A stretch of 59,482 nt of DNA, filler included, from Dugesia japonica (GCA_001938525.1; 6 parts of 6 records of this genome joined end to end with filler, not necessarily neighbours in it); one strand, 5' to 3'; shown: positions 27,563 through 41,244, numbered from the whole stretch's first letter. The notes: a model not told the origin generated them from the sequence alone. Translations and numbers: made by a program.

Positions 27563-27763
27563 GTAAAATATTATTTTCTTTTTTATTTTTAATAATTGTA
27601 AACTTATTTAATTTTTCTTATTAAATTTTATTTAATAATATTTTGTAGATAATTTTTTTTNNNNNNNNNNNNNNNNNNNNNNNNNNNNNNNNNNNNNNNN
27701 NNNNNNNNNNNNNNNNNNNNNNNNNNNNNNNNNNNNNNNNNNNNNNNNNNNNNNNNNNNNNNN

Positions 27764-27827
<64 letters not shown>
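27764..27827. repeat. (TTA)n microsatellite
   Basis: Direct inspection. Confidence 0.95.
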
Positions 27828-27828
<1 letters not shown>

Positions 27829-28878
27829 AATAATAAAAAAGTCCATCCTTTTAGTATCAACTTTTAATTATTTATAAAACTCATTTTTATTAATAATTAT
27901 CTTGATTTAATAAATATGAATAAAGTTCTAAATAAATTTTCGTTCTTAGATTGTATTTCAACTAGTTCCAGTATCTTAAAATATTTGCTGCAAAATTAGG
28001 TCAAAATCTGGTTAATTTCTTTGTTCTATATTTCACTGAATATTTGCTTATAAATTTGATATTTTTTCTTTTAAAATTTACTACATAATTAAGAAGTAAA
28101 TATTTAGTATTAATATATTTATTATTTTGGTTATTAATTTATATTATTTCATTATATAGTTATATTATTTTTATTATATGGTTATTATTTTAAATAAAAC
28201 ATTGATTTTATTATNTCATGTGATATTAATAAAAAATTAATATCAGCAAGCTAATAAAAATATTCTATCGTATTGTACTAGTAATTCAAACAATGAATAA
28301 CTCTAATTAAATCTCAACTCTGGGAAAATATCCGATTTTATGCGAATAGAAATGTCTTAGTATTTGATAATGGATATCATAAATCATAGTGAACCTGAAT
28401 GTGGCTGTCAAAAATAACATCTTATTTGTCCTAACTCATTTTTAACAATATACAATAAATTTACATAACTTTTGTTGTCCGAAAAATGAGGACCTCAAAA
28501 TCAATATAATTTAAACAAGAATTACTAAATCTTCTGTAATTTTTTTAATATGAAATCTTAAATTAATTTGTTCTTATTTGTTTGATTTACGTCTTCTTCA
28601 AATTATCTATAATAGATCTCTTAATTCTTTAGTGCAGAATAATGCACATGTGCATTAACGGAATTTTTTCTTAATATGTCCCGACGTGTCAAACACACTT
28701 GCTACCTCACTCAAAGAATACTGTAGTTTGACTATTTAACCACAAAAATTGTAATTTTCATAATTTTATGTAAATATGTATATGCCATATTCAAATAAAT
28801 GGCATAATTCTTTCATTTAAAATGTTTTCCTTGTTTGAAAACTNTTGATGTACGTTTTAATCAGTTTTTAAATGGTCC

Positions 28879-29030
28879 CCGAGTGAAAAATTAAACTAAG
28901 ACAAAAATTCTCCAGAGTTGAATATTTTATAAATATTTTTACCCAATCATAAAAATATTAAAAATATTTGAAAATAAATGAAATTAAAAATATTCAACTC
29001 TAGAATGTTTTGGCCTTGTTTTTCACTCGG
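28879..29030. mobile_element. Short MITE-like fold-back element
   Basis: CCGAGTGAAAAA...TTTTTCACTCGG termini and inner AGAGTTGAATATTTT...AAAATATTCAACTCT; the right end abuts the linker. Confidence 0.6.
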
Positions 29031-29130
29031 NNNNNNNNNNNNNNNNNNNNNNNNNNNNNNNNNNNNNNNNNNNNTTAATTAATTAANNNNNNNNNNNNNN
29101 NNNNNNNNNNNNNNNNNNNNNNNNNNNNNN
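29031..29130. other. Artificial contig linker
   Basis: 44 N + TTAATTAATTAA + 44 N. Confidence 0.97.
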
Positions 29131-29483
29131 AAGGTCAAGGTAATTTGTTTAAATTAATTTATTTTTTATTATTTGTTTAAATTTTCAAATTTTGAAGTGA
29201 ATTTACCTTGAGCAATATTAACATCAATTTTAATTGCGCTGAGCAATATTAACATTAGATTCTTCTCAGACAATATTATTAATAATATATAAAAGACAAA
29301 TGAAAAGACTAATCAAAACATAAACTTTATTGTTGATAATATACAGATAATCACTGTCAGTATGTAAAGTTGTTTAAATCTGGATCTTCATTGTAAACTA
29401 AATATTAAGAGTACAAATTAATTAGTTTAAATAACAAAATAAGTTAACTTTAAATGTGCTTCTTTTCACTCGAGTCTTATTTA

Positions 29484-31712
29484 TTAGGAGATAGAATTAT
29501 GCCCGTATTGTACGCTTATATTTTTGTCAATCAATGCAGAAACTGTATACCTGGTGGTTTTTCGTTCCTATTCTAAATTGTTTCACTGAGAACGTTTTAC
29601 TGTAATTGTAACAATCAAGTTATGACTGATGATTAATATCAGTACCTTTAATGTTATGCCTTTAGCCGTCATCGATTCCTTCTCACTAAGTGAGCTATAA
29701 CACTTTGGTCTCAGGAAAACCCATTCTTTACATTTCCTTCCTTTATTTTCGTCCTTAAACTTTCCTACCACCGAATTCAGATCCATATTATAAAGAGTGT
29801 GGTCTGGTGAGTAATTTTAAATATCTAATAACCAGTCTTTTACCATCAGTGGCAATAACTTTTCCAACCTAATGTTCCTAACGTCTAAGAAAAAGCTATC
29901 GGTATCCCCAGCATCTATTCATATCTCGTAATTTTCTTATTTCCTATAATTCTCTAGCTAAATATATTGAAATCAATACATTCAAAATATGCTTAAATCA
30001 AGAACTGTCTGTCTTATATAACTCGATCTTTTGAGACACACAATGTCTTTATTTAATTGTACCTCTATTAAATCTTTATCGATCTTAATGGTTCTCTTAA
30101 ACACTGGCTTTGAGTTAAACGGTCNNTAACTTCTTTGCTGAATTACATATTTTCCAGTTTATTCGTTTCTTCAGATTTTTAACTGATTTGCAATCCAAGC
30201 TGTTGTTCATGAGCTTATAGTAATTTGTATCCAATTCATTCAAACCTTTAGCCCTTAATTTAGTGTTTTCATCGATGTATTGCTTGATAATATGATCTTG
30301 TGAAAGTTTGACTGCCCTGTGAACATTTGTAACTTGCGCACTTAATTGCAAGTACATTTGCAGTAATTTCCAGTGCACTACCTAATTGAACTTTGAATAA
30401 TGAGTCAACATTAATTTATTGACTTTGCTTCCTGGAGCACAAAGATGTTCGGCTGCAATGGGTAAGTCATTTAGATAATCATGAAGTTCGTTAGGAATCA
30501 CAATGTCAACTTCTAGAGTGTATCCATATTGTAATGACTCGAGATCTGCATATTTACATTATTCTAAAACTACTTCTAATCCACAATATACCNATTCAAA
30601 ATCTTTGTATGGTAACGTCTAACTCAAAGTCCAACCATACAAGTTATTTATATCGATGTAAAACAACTCTGTGTTTTCATCTGATATAACGTGGTGTTTG
30701 TTGACAAAGGTGATACCACCTCTAATTCCACCTTCAAAAAAGGTGTACATTATCTGTCAAAAGCTTGATGGCTTTGTTTAAAAGTCATCAGAGCAGATGT
30801 CCAGCGCATACCTGGAATGCCAAAGAAATTTAAAACGGCTGTGAGTTAATGACCTGGCTAGAAATTGCTGAAAATGTCAGCTAGAAGAAAGACGTCCAAC
30901 TTCATGTACACCAGCATATAGTCCAGTAAGTTTTTACATTTCAAGATTTTCTAAATATTCACCGCTTTTTCATGTTCTTCATCACTTACTTCATCCCATG
31001 TTGGCGGCATTTCATTTGTATTAACTAGTATTCGTAAACTAATAGCTTTATTGTATGGGAAAATCTCCTTTGTCCTTATAATTCTGCTGTCGATAAATTT
31101 CTGTGATGTTAAAGGAGTTCTTTTGATAGTTCTAACAGCTCAATTCAGAGATGAATTGATAAATTGAAATGAATCAATAAATCGAATGGCAAGTAATTTT
31201 ATTTGATGTGCAATAAGACACAAGAATTTCTCACTTATAGTTGGAATACAGCGGAGTTCCAATTTTGGAATTGACGGAATCAAAACTTAAGGATATGGTG
31301 CATATCATATCCTCTTATATTATGGAATACAGGCGGTAATTGTATATTTATTCTTCTGCTTAGATTGCAACTGTTGCATGCTACACTCATGTATCCACCT
31401 GTAAAATGATCGTGATCTTTAACAGGATTTACTAATAATTTCTTACATAAATACCATGTTTAGGTAGCAGCAAAGGAAATATCTTGATCCAGAGTTATAT
31501 TCATCTTTTTTCCCCATTATTCATATAATATGGATGCATAGTATTCTTGCTGATTTCCTCAATCTCTTTTAAAAACTTAAAAACACAGTAGTTTCCGATA
31601 AAAATTCGTGATATTTTGTTTCGTTAGTGTAGTTGTTAACTAAAAAAAGCCTGTCTTTAATAAGTAAATGTTTTTGGTATTAATCTTCATCTGGCGATAT
31701 TACTGATTTAAA
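29484..31712 (-). pseudogene. Polinton/Maverick protein-primed DNA polymerase B, exonuclease and polymerase domains, disrupted
   Basis: KDHDHFTG..ACNSCNL, FHNIRGYD, FIDSFQF, YMKLDVFLLADIF, FEGGIRGG, YIDINNLYG (motif A), YKLMNNS (motif B), AGDTDSFF (motif C), GKFKDE, LRPKCYS, YGH. Many stops and frameshifts. Confidence 0.93.
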
Positions 31713-32440
31713 TTTACTACTATTAGAAGATGGAAAAAGTTTCATTACATAACCATAATAAATCTGGATAGACTCGTGAATAGAGATATTAATAAGAATG
31801 GTGTCCAAATACGGTCAACGTGGTGTCCTAATTGTTTAAATGAATTCCGAGATAATGAAGCTTTTGAAAAACATGAACCTCTTTATAGTAAAATCCAAAC
31901 AGGTACCACGTTATATACTATGCCAACCAAACCTAACTTGGAATGTAAAGACTACTTAAAACTATAAGTTATCCATTCGTCATATACGCTGATTTTAAAT
32001 CAGTAATATCACCAGATGAAGATTAATACCAAAAACATTTACTTATTAAAGACAGGCTTTTTTTAGTTAACAACTACACTAACGAAACAAAAATATCACG
32101 AATTTTTATCGGAAACGACTGTGTTTTTAAGTTTTTGAAAGAGATTTAGGAAATCAGCAAGAATACTGTGCATCCATATTATATGAATAATGGGAAAAAA
32201 AGATGAATATAACTCTGGACCAAGATATTTCCTTTGCTGCAAATCAGTTAAAAATTTGAAGAAACGAATAAACTGGAAAATATGTAATTCAGCAAAGAAG
32301 TTAAGGACCGTTTAACTCAAAGCCAGTGTTTAAGAGAACCATTAAGATCGATAAAGATTTAATAGAGGTACAATTAAATAAAGACATTGTGTGTCTCAAA
32401 AGACCGAGTTATATAAGACAGACAATTCTTGATTTAAGCA
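31713..32440 (+). pseudogene. Inverted, internally deleted duplicate of the adjacent pPolB
   Basis: 31994-32240 is the reverse complement of 31467-31712 and 32238-32440 of 29990-30191. 31713-31990 encodes the upstream part (FHY...WCPNCLNEF...YTMP). Confidence 0.9.
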
Positions 32441-34098
32441 AATGAAAAATGTATACATAATCATTTGAATTATTACATAACCGAACACAAAATAATAGAA
32501 TAATTTCATATCTGATGGTGCAGTAACAAATTCTTTGAAATATCGGAAAAAAATCGACACAATTTTGTTTCCGACGGGGAGGGGAGAAGGTGACATGCTG
32601 ACATGTGTTACTACGTATATATGATGATGTCTGGATTTGAATGCAACGTTGTTTCCAAATGTCAAGTCTATCGGTGAAAAACCTTCGGAGTTTTTCGGTT
32701 TTGAACAAACGAACATTTACATTTTTATTTAGATATTGCAAATTTATATTGTGAAAATTAACAACCTCTACACATATCCCGATTAACAGTCAGTAGTAAG
32801 TTTAATTCTTGCCTTCTCTTTAACAAAAGCTATACTCAATTCACCTCTTTTAAAGGACAGTAAATCAAAAATATTTTTATTGTAATGGAAAACTTGACTT
32901 AACCACATGATTAGACTTCGTTGTCCTAAGACCAAAAATGTTTATATCCGGCACTGGTCGTGCCATTTTTTATTGATAAATTAAATCATGAAAAGTTTAT
33001 TGTATCTATCTATTGAGGTAAATTACACTTATTACTAAACATTGCGTAAGAATTCATTATTTACATGAATTCAGAAAATATTATGAATTGTGAAAGATAA
33101 AAATCATGTTTTAGTGATACAATGTGATGATAATTTCTTGTAATGTATTATATAAAACATAATAAATTGATAAGATTACATGTTGGAATTGTAATTGGAA
33201 TGAGAAGTATATCAGGTTTTTAAGATAATTTGGAGTATAAAATCCTGTACTAATTAGAATGTAATAGGCAGAGAAAGACAAACTAAAAACCAATTTTTAA
33301 AATGAGCATAAGTATTCTAGTAAGCAAAATATTTGATGATATTTATTAATTTGGCAACCAACAACAGCGAAATCGCAATTTTCAATACTTATCTATGTAA
33401 TTATTCTAGTAATTGAAGCTGCTGTTACACTTTTATCTAAAAAAATCTCCTTCATAAAAGCTATTTGTTCGTAATCCTCGGGCACATATTATTCGTAATA
33501 TGCGAAAGGATTTTGTATTAATAAATCGCTTTCCAACTTTATGCAATCAAATCGGATTTTATCAAGATATTGTTTTAATAAATTCACTTATTATCCAAAA
33601 GTAGAAATTGTTTTATGATTGATTTTATTCAAAATCTCTAAAATAAGAGACATGAAACAAAAAATCCTAATTCGAATTAAAATTTCAATTTCAGGTCAAC
33701 ATTTATAATCTTCAAATATTTCAATTCAGATATTAAAAATAATAAAATATATATTATAATATTAAAAATGAAACAAAAATTAAATTATATTAACTTACAT
33801 TATTGTTATCAACTTTGGATATAATAAGAAATTTATTTAAATTAGATTTAAAAATATAGTTATGTTCAATAATATTAAAACAAACCTAATTTCGCAATGA
33901 ACTAATAAAATTCATTTAAAAAATTTTCCATAGGTATATTAAAATATAATAGGTATGAATGAACATGTCTGGATTCGAATGCAGCGTTGTGTCAAAATTT
34001 CTAGACAATAACTTTGGGAGTTTATCGATTTTGAACAAACGAATATTTAAATTAAAATAAAAGCTTCAATCAAAATTTATTTTTTTGTTTTTGATAAA

Positions 34099-34133
34099 AA
34101 TTCTAATTTTCGACTTTGTCTTCATCAGGAATC
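34099..34133 (-). ncRNA. Minimal type I hammerhead ribozyme in a Penelope pseudo-LTR fragment
   Basis: GAUUC-CUGAUGA-A-GAC(AAA)GUC-GAAA-AUU-A-GAAUU: intact core, 3-bp stem II, palindromic AAUU stem III, 5-bp stem I. Confidence 0.7.
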
Positions 34134-35799
34134 GACTTTTTTTTATATTTAAAAAACAATTTACATTTACATTTTTATTTTTATAGATTAAACAACGAAT
34201 TTCATCTCTAAGTTGTAGTTAATTTTTAAACTACTAGTTTAATTAAAAAAAATCATTTATAATATAATTTAAAAAAAACATTCCGCGCATTTCTAACATT
34301 GATTTAGTTGAAACATGAGTGTAAAATAACTAGAAATCCAATATTTCCCATTAATTACTGTTTAATGCTTAGAATAATTGTTTAATTTTTTTTATAAATT
34401 TAAGTAGAAAATTGATGCGTTAAAATTATCTAGACAGAAAATTTCCGAAAATTTTCAATCAAAGTAATTTGATTTTGAACAAATGATAAATCAGGATATT
34501 TTTCTCGGCTGTGTACATCTCATAAATTATGCAAATCTGAAAATGAAAATTTCCAACAAATTCGAAAATTGGATGGAATGGAAAATATATTTCTTGTTTT
34601 TATTATTATTATTATTATTATTGTTATTATTAATGAACAATTTTCATAACTAAGTTTTTTTTGTAATGATTTTTATTTAGTTTATAGAGAAAAAAAATAA
34701 AATTCTAATTTTTAATATCACTTTTTAAAGCAACAAAAAATCGATATAAATTTAACTACTGCATTAATTATTAGAATATTATGTTTCATTGATTGATTTG
34801 TTTATTAATTTATCGATTTCCTTTATGTTTACATAATATCAAAATTAATTTTCTTTTATTAAAATTTGATGTATTTTAAGTACTTTTCTCATTTTTAAAA
34901 TCACAGATTTATCTTACCATAATTCTAGATTTAATTTACGCGCGCGAAATATTCTTTATTTAAAAGTGAATCAGCAAATAATTGGCCCACCTAACTTATG
35001 CTGTTTAACAGATATCTACCTATTTTTTAAACAAATGCTTACAAAAGAAGCGATAACTGCTGCCTGACAAAAGCCCATTACTTCAGAAACCTGAAATATT
35101 GGCAAATAGCCATAAATCCACTTCAAATATAACGAAAACTCTGTGCAAAATTATCATAATCTGATATTTTATAAAACAAACAAGTGCTGTTTCAGTTTCT
35201 AAATAATGGAGTTTCAGGATATGAAGAACTTGCTCACTAAATGGTTGTGAAGGAATGGTTATTTGCAATATTATGGTATCTTTACTCTATATTACGTTAT
35301 TGAATCGCGTTGTTGAACTTAAAGAATAGATACAATAGAGTTAAAAAATCAGTTGGCTGAACACAAAAACCAAATCACCGTTAATGATATAATCTAAAAA
35401 TGGATATTCACAATCGCTGAAGTCTAAAGAGCAATAATAAGAAAGAATTTTCTGACATTTCTCAAATTGTTTGTTGATTGTCACAANNNNNNNNNNNNNN
35501 NNNNNNNNNNNNNNNNNNNNNNNNNNNNNNNNNNNNNNNNNNNNNNNNNNNNNNNNNNNAAAAGATTGAAATTTTAGTAGTACGCATAATCCGAACGAAA
35601 AATCTAAACTGCAGACAAACCATTCTATACGAAATAAAAGTTTTATTAAAGAAATACAAAAACATAACCGATCATAACTAATGGTAATACAATGCATGCT
35701 AAAGTTAGGCGGCTCGAACATAAAACAAAACTAAAATCACGAAACAAATTTTCCGAAATTTGGAAAATACAATATTGCCAAATGATCAAAATCAAACTG

Positions 35800-38440
35800 G
35801 TCTTCCGCATTAATGTTCAAACAGAAAGCAAATGGAAATCGGAGAACTTTTAGTGACTACAGAATGTTAAATAAAATTACTGTCCCACTCAATCACCAAT
35901 AACTCGTTATCAAAAACATAATAAATAAGATAAATGGTCTAAATTATTTTCAAAAATTGTAAATTTGAAAAGAAATGTGGCAAAAAACGGCAATCAATAG
36001 GGATATTTATATATAATATTATGCTTTTCGGACCAAGAAATGCTACTTTCACATTCCAAAGATTTGAGGACCAAAATCTAAAAGAAAATAAAAATGCAAT
36101 ATAATATTTGAATTATCTTTTAATTGCGAGTCCTACAAAACAACAAGATTTAAAGAGGACAGAAAATGTATCTGCAGTCAATATACAATGACATAATTGA
36201 CAAAATTAACAATCGAGAAAATTTGAAAAGTATATATTTCAATAAAATAGCGTATTTAAAAAAAATATATTAAAAAATTTAATATATTTTATTAATTGTT
36301 TTCTGAGTGCAATACTACATCACTCTCTCCGTCCGATGTTTAATATGAAGGATGAACGAATTTTACTTATGGAAATTTGCTCTGCTTGTTCACGTTGCAT
36401 TACTTCACCAACTTTGCCATTTTCATTTCTTTAAATTATCTTCAAAAACTGGTTGTATTGATCTTTTTAATTTGCATTTGATCCATATAACTTTGCATTT
36501 ATAAATTCCTTGTGGCATTAATGTTTTTGTGACTCCATGTGATCTGAGATAACTGTTTTAAAATTCTGTTGGGACCATTGTTTGCTCATCAGAGCATGAT
36601 GGTAGAACAATATCACCTACTAAACGGATAGTAATACTGAAACTGTTTGATATTTTTATAACTCTGAATCCTTCCAACCACGTTAAGGATTCCTAACATT
36701 GTTAATGGGAGATTTTCTACCCATCTGAGTTCAGCATTATCTCTTTGAGTCTGTAGACCATTTTATTTAAAAATCTATGGAATTTTTCTATTTTTTTCAT
36801 TTTACTGTGGGTGGTATGGTGCTGCATCAATTCCAAAGAATTCACAAAAATCGTTAAATATTTTAGATATAAATTGTCTACCATTGTCAATTACTGTTAC
36901 TTCTGGTACACTGAAGCGAGATATTCATTCTTTAGTCATAGTTTTTATAGCGGCGTTGGATGTCATTTCATTCAGAGTTACTACTGCTTTCCATAAAGTA
37001 TCACGATTGCTCATTTTTACTATAAACCTTTTGTTTTTAATGATCGGTAAAGGACAAGGCAGATTTATGAAGTTGGGATTTCATACCTGGCCAAAGATAC
37101 TTGCTTTTCCGTAATCTAATTGTTACATTGGATCCCTGATAACATAGATTGTGAAGTCTTACGAAATCATTATAGCGAAAACACTCTGGTAGAAAAATTT
37201 TCGTGTTTGCCATCACAGTGTCATTCACAACCACTATCTTTGATATTTTTAGTTTCAGATAGTGACTTTGCTATTCTTTGAGAGAATGATAGTCTTTCTG
37301 GCTTTTGACTAGATCTGAGAGTAAAATATGTTCAATTTCTTTTAATATTTCATTGTATATGTCTTTGATGGATAGAAAGTCAGCTTCAATATTGTCAGAG
37401 CCTTTGATAAATTAAATTTGTATATTAAATTGACTCAAAAACTCTGTCCATCTCNNNNNNNNNNNNNNNNNNNNNNNNNNNNNNNNNNNNNNNNNNNNNN
37501 NNNNNNNNNNNNNNNNNNNTTATTAATTGGAATTTGATGAGATGCCTTCTTAAGATCTAAAGTAGAAGAAAGTAAACAACTAGGAACTCTGTCCGAAATT
37601 TCACTCATTCTGGGTAATTAAAATTGGTCTAATTTTGTGATTATATTAAGCATGTGATAGTTTCCGCATGTATGAAAAGTTCCATCTTTCTTTGTGGTAA
37701 TGATAAATGGTAATATCCTGACGTAGAATGTCATCGAACTCTTTTTTTCATTTGACTGAGAAGGATTCCTTCTAATCTGTAAACTCTTTGGTTTACTGGT
37801 GCCCCAAAATTTTCTATTCTCACGCAAATTTAATTTTCTGTGCTCATAATATTGTTCTGTGTCCATATAATGAAATTGTTGTGACAATCTATAATAAATC
37901 CGAAATTTCACAATAAATAGAAACGATTTCTAGAATATCTGGAGACAAGCTAGTGAGGAAGTGGAAATATTTAGTCCTAGAATTGCGAATGTTTGAAAGC
38001 TCAAACGTTGCATCTACTTGAGTGAACGAATTGATCGGATTTGGAAAATAATTTGTTATTTTCACCCACACGTGATTTTCTTCTTTACTTCTGACACCAC
38101 TGTAGTCAATGACATAATTGACTAAATTAAAAATCGAGGAAATTTGAAAAATATATATTTCAACGAAAAAGAGTATTTAAACAAAATATATTAAAATATT
38201 TACTATATTTTATTAATAATTCTCTGAGTGTCATACTACAGTTTACAAAGCATTCGGCAATAATAACTTGAAACTGAACGTCAGGAAATGTGTATTTCTT
38301 AAAGAAGAGATTGAACTTCTGTGACACACCATAAAACACTTAAAACCAAATCTAATAGAGAAAAATTTAAACAATAATAAAAAATACGAACAACTTAAAA
38401 GAACAAGAAAACTCAGAAGATTTTTGAGAATGTTAAACTT
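35800..38440 (+). mobile_element. Decayed Gypsy RT region split by a nested LTR element
   Basis: DYRMLNKIT and MLFGPRNATFTFQRF lie left of 36173; NLKLNVRKCVFLKEEIELL*HTI and KLRRFL lie right of 38240, in colinear RT order. Confidence 0.7.
36173..38240 (-). mobile_element. Internally deleted Ty3/Gypsy element with ~140-bp LTRs (36173-36319 and 38101-38240)
   Basis: TG(T/C)AGT...ACTACA LTR pair, PBS TGGTGTCAGAAGT, PPT GGAGAGAGTGA, gag FTQVDATFELSNI...TKYFHFL, RT KKDGTFHTCGNYHMLN, RH end SQFN...IKGSDNIEADFLS, IN YLWPGMK. Confidence 0.85.
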
Positions 38441-38540
38441 NNNNNNNNNNNNNNNNNNNNNNNNNNNNNNNNNNNNNNNNNNNNTTAATTAATTAANNNN
38501 NNNNNNNNNNNNNNNNNNNNNNNNNNNNNNNNNNNNNNNN
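38441..38540. other. Artificial contig linker
   Basis: 44 N + TTAATTAATTAA + 44 N. Confidence 0.97.
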
Positions 38541-39478
38541 AGCTCTTGGAATTTCAAAATTTTTCTGGAAATGAAAGAATGTGATCTATTTGATCAATTG
38601 GATACAGAAGAATTTACACAAATGCTTGGTTATCTCGCTGATATATATGAATAGATATATATGAGCATATGAATAGATTGAGTATTTCTCTGCANNNNNN
38701 NNNNNNNNNNNNNNNNNNNNNNNNNNNNNNNNNNNNNNNNNNNNNNNNNNNNNNNNNNNNNNNNNNNNNNNNNNNNNNNNNNNNNNNNNNNNNNNATTTT
38801 CCATTACTTTATGAAATTTTTCATACATCTGGAACTTTAATTTCAATGGTTCACAAAGAGAATATAAATCATTTAAAAATGCTATTAAAGTGGTTTGGCG
38901 GATATTTCATTTGTGGAGAGTTAAAATCTTTAGAAGAATGGACTATAAATCCTTTTTTGTACAATTTGGAAAGAATGCCATATGATGACTATCTGAAAGA
39001 TGAACCAATTGATTTTAGGGCTAATCGTAATCTCAAAATAAAATTCGAAAATGAAACTGTTGAAGAGTTCTGGTGCTCAACTTTAAATTTGTACTCAAAG
39101 ATTGGGAAGAAATCACTATATCTCATTATTCCATTTGTCACAACTTACTTGTGCGAATCTAGATTTAGTTCCCTTCTATCAATAAAAACCGCTTCAATAA
39201 ATTCGCTTGAATCCACAATCAGATCTGTAAATTGCAATTACCGAAAAAATCCAAGATTTAAAAATTTAATAAAACAAAAGCAAAAACAAAAAAGTCATTA
39301 AATATGATTTCATTTTATGTTTAATAAAATTTTTAATAATTTTGTTTGATTTGCAACTTTTTAACCTATTTACTATCTTTTACCATAAATGGCATGCCAT
39401 AAATTATTTTTTTAATAGGGGTGAGAAAGTTAATTACCTTTTAGGGGTGCGAAATACGAAAAAGGTTGGGAACCCCTT
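38541..39478 (+). mobile_element. hAT (Charlie/Buster-type) transposon 3' half
   Basis: EEFW...IPFVTTYLCESRFSSLLSIK...QKQKSH dimerisation domain; 3' end AAAAGGTTGGGAACCCCT resembles a Charlie TIR. Confidence 0.87.
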
Positions 39479-39545
39479 TGATAGTGTATTATATTCTTAT
39501 TTTATCACTCTTCATACAAGTGAGGAGCGGGAATCAGTAGCCCAA

Positions 39546-39546
<1 letters not shown>

Positions 39547-39613
<67 letters not shown>

Positions 39614-39663
39614 NNNNNNNNNNNNNNNNNNNNNNNNNNNNNNNNNNNNNNNNNNNNNNNNNN

Positions 39664-39731
<68 letters not shown>

Positions 39732-39735
39732 TTAT
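39547..39735. repeat. (TTA)n microsatellite, partly N
   Basis: Direct inspection. Confidence 0.95.
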
Positions 39736-41244
39736 ATAAATTTTTGGAAGTTTTTGTTAATATTATGTAAATCTATATATATAAATATATTAATTTTATC
39801 AAGTCTGTGAGTTTCAAATATGGCAATGTAAATAAAAAAAATTAAACAGATATTTCAATATTGAAATAATTAATTATCACTATCACCCATATGTCAATGA
39901 AAACGAATTAAAACAAATTCATCCTTTTTCTCATTTATGAATTACGAAAATCTGATTGTCAATTTAGTTTTTAGTGACAAAAATGTGAATTCTAATATTA
40001 AATGGTTTTTTAATAAATAATTTAAATGGCTGTTAGATTTCTATAATTATTTTCTTTATATATATATATATTTTATTACTATTACTAAACATTTGTTTTA
40101 ATTATAAGAGAAATATGTGGAAAGGACTGACTTGACACTGTAAGCAAAGCATACACAACATCCGGGCGCTAAATCTGCAAGTTTTACTAGCAAAACTGGA
40201 TGGTTTGAAACTAAGTTTTTGCCGAGTTATTAAAAATAAAAAACAAGATTGACCATTTATGTATATAAATTTAAACAAAAATTAAAAAATTGAATTGAAT
40301 TAATTGAATTAATTTTAGATTATACATTAAACGCATATGTACAGATATGACACAGCAAATAGATATTTAATGTAGATATTTGTAATAATCAATAAAATAA
40401 AGTCATACCAATATATTAGTTGATATTCTATCCACCATTCCAAAAGAATGTATTTCACTTGTATCTTGTTGAGGGCATCGAGCTAATGTTCTTCCACTTT
40501 ATCTTCTTCCTTTATCCGATTTTTTTAAAATTTNNNNNNNNNNNNNNNNNNNNTCATATTTGGCATTGTTTGTTATACGAGTTTAGAAAAGTATCAACTG
40601 CCTTTTAAAAAATTTCATTTGCTTATTTAAATTCTGTTTTCACTGAATGCCAAAGATAGTTCCGAAAGTTTGAGAGTGGGAATTTTGATCTATCAAAAAG
40701 TAGAGGAGGAAGTTCTTTAAATTTATATAGCAAAGCCCTTTTGACTCTTATCGCAAAAACCCAAAGTTTCCAGATCAGGAAAAGGAAGATCGCTTACAGG
40801 TCTCTCATACCATCATTGCTTCTCAACTTCTTCACTTTGGCAAAGTGAATTAAAAAAGGTTATGGTTTTTTCATTGTTTCAGTGACAGCAACAGACAGAA
40901 TAAGTTGCTCATTGGTTTTTTCTTCCTCTCCAGATTCACGAAAAAAAATCTTTTTAATTAATAGTCAGTGTTTTTTATTAAAATTAAAAGAAAAAGGCTC
41001 TGGCTAACTATCAGTCAGAAGGCAATATCTACAGCCAAAGCAGGACTTTATCCTTGCCTGATAATCTTGTTTGTTTGCTGAGATTATTGCACTATCATAT
41101 ATTTTGAGCTATTAAGAAAAATACATATTTATTACAGGAAACATCTATTGTGATTAATTAGGAAAAATGTACATGGAATTGAAAAATGCAAGACAGTAGG
41201 TAAATAGTAGCGCACTTTATCACCCCCCCCGAGAATAAATTTTT

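Noticed and set aside
26430-27860. Poly-Ile/Tyr/Asn ORFs (also 39342-39770)
   Set aside because: They are translations of (ATA)n/(TTA)n microsatellites and N runs.
23746-32440. EGFR gene physically linked to a Polinton
   Set aside because: They are separated by the artificial linker at 29031-29130.
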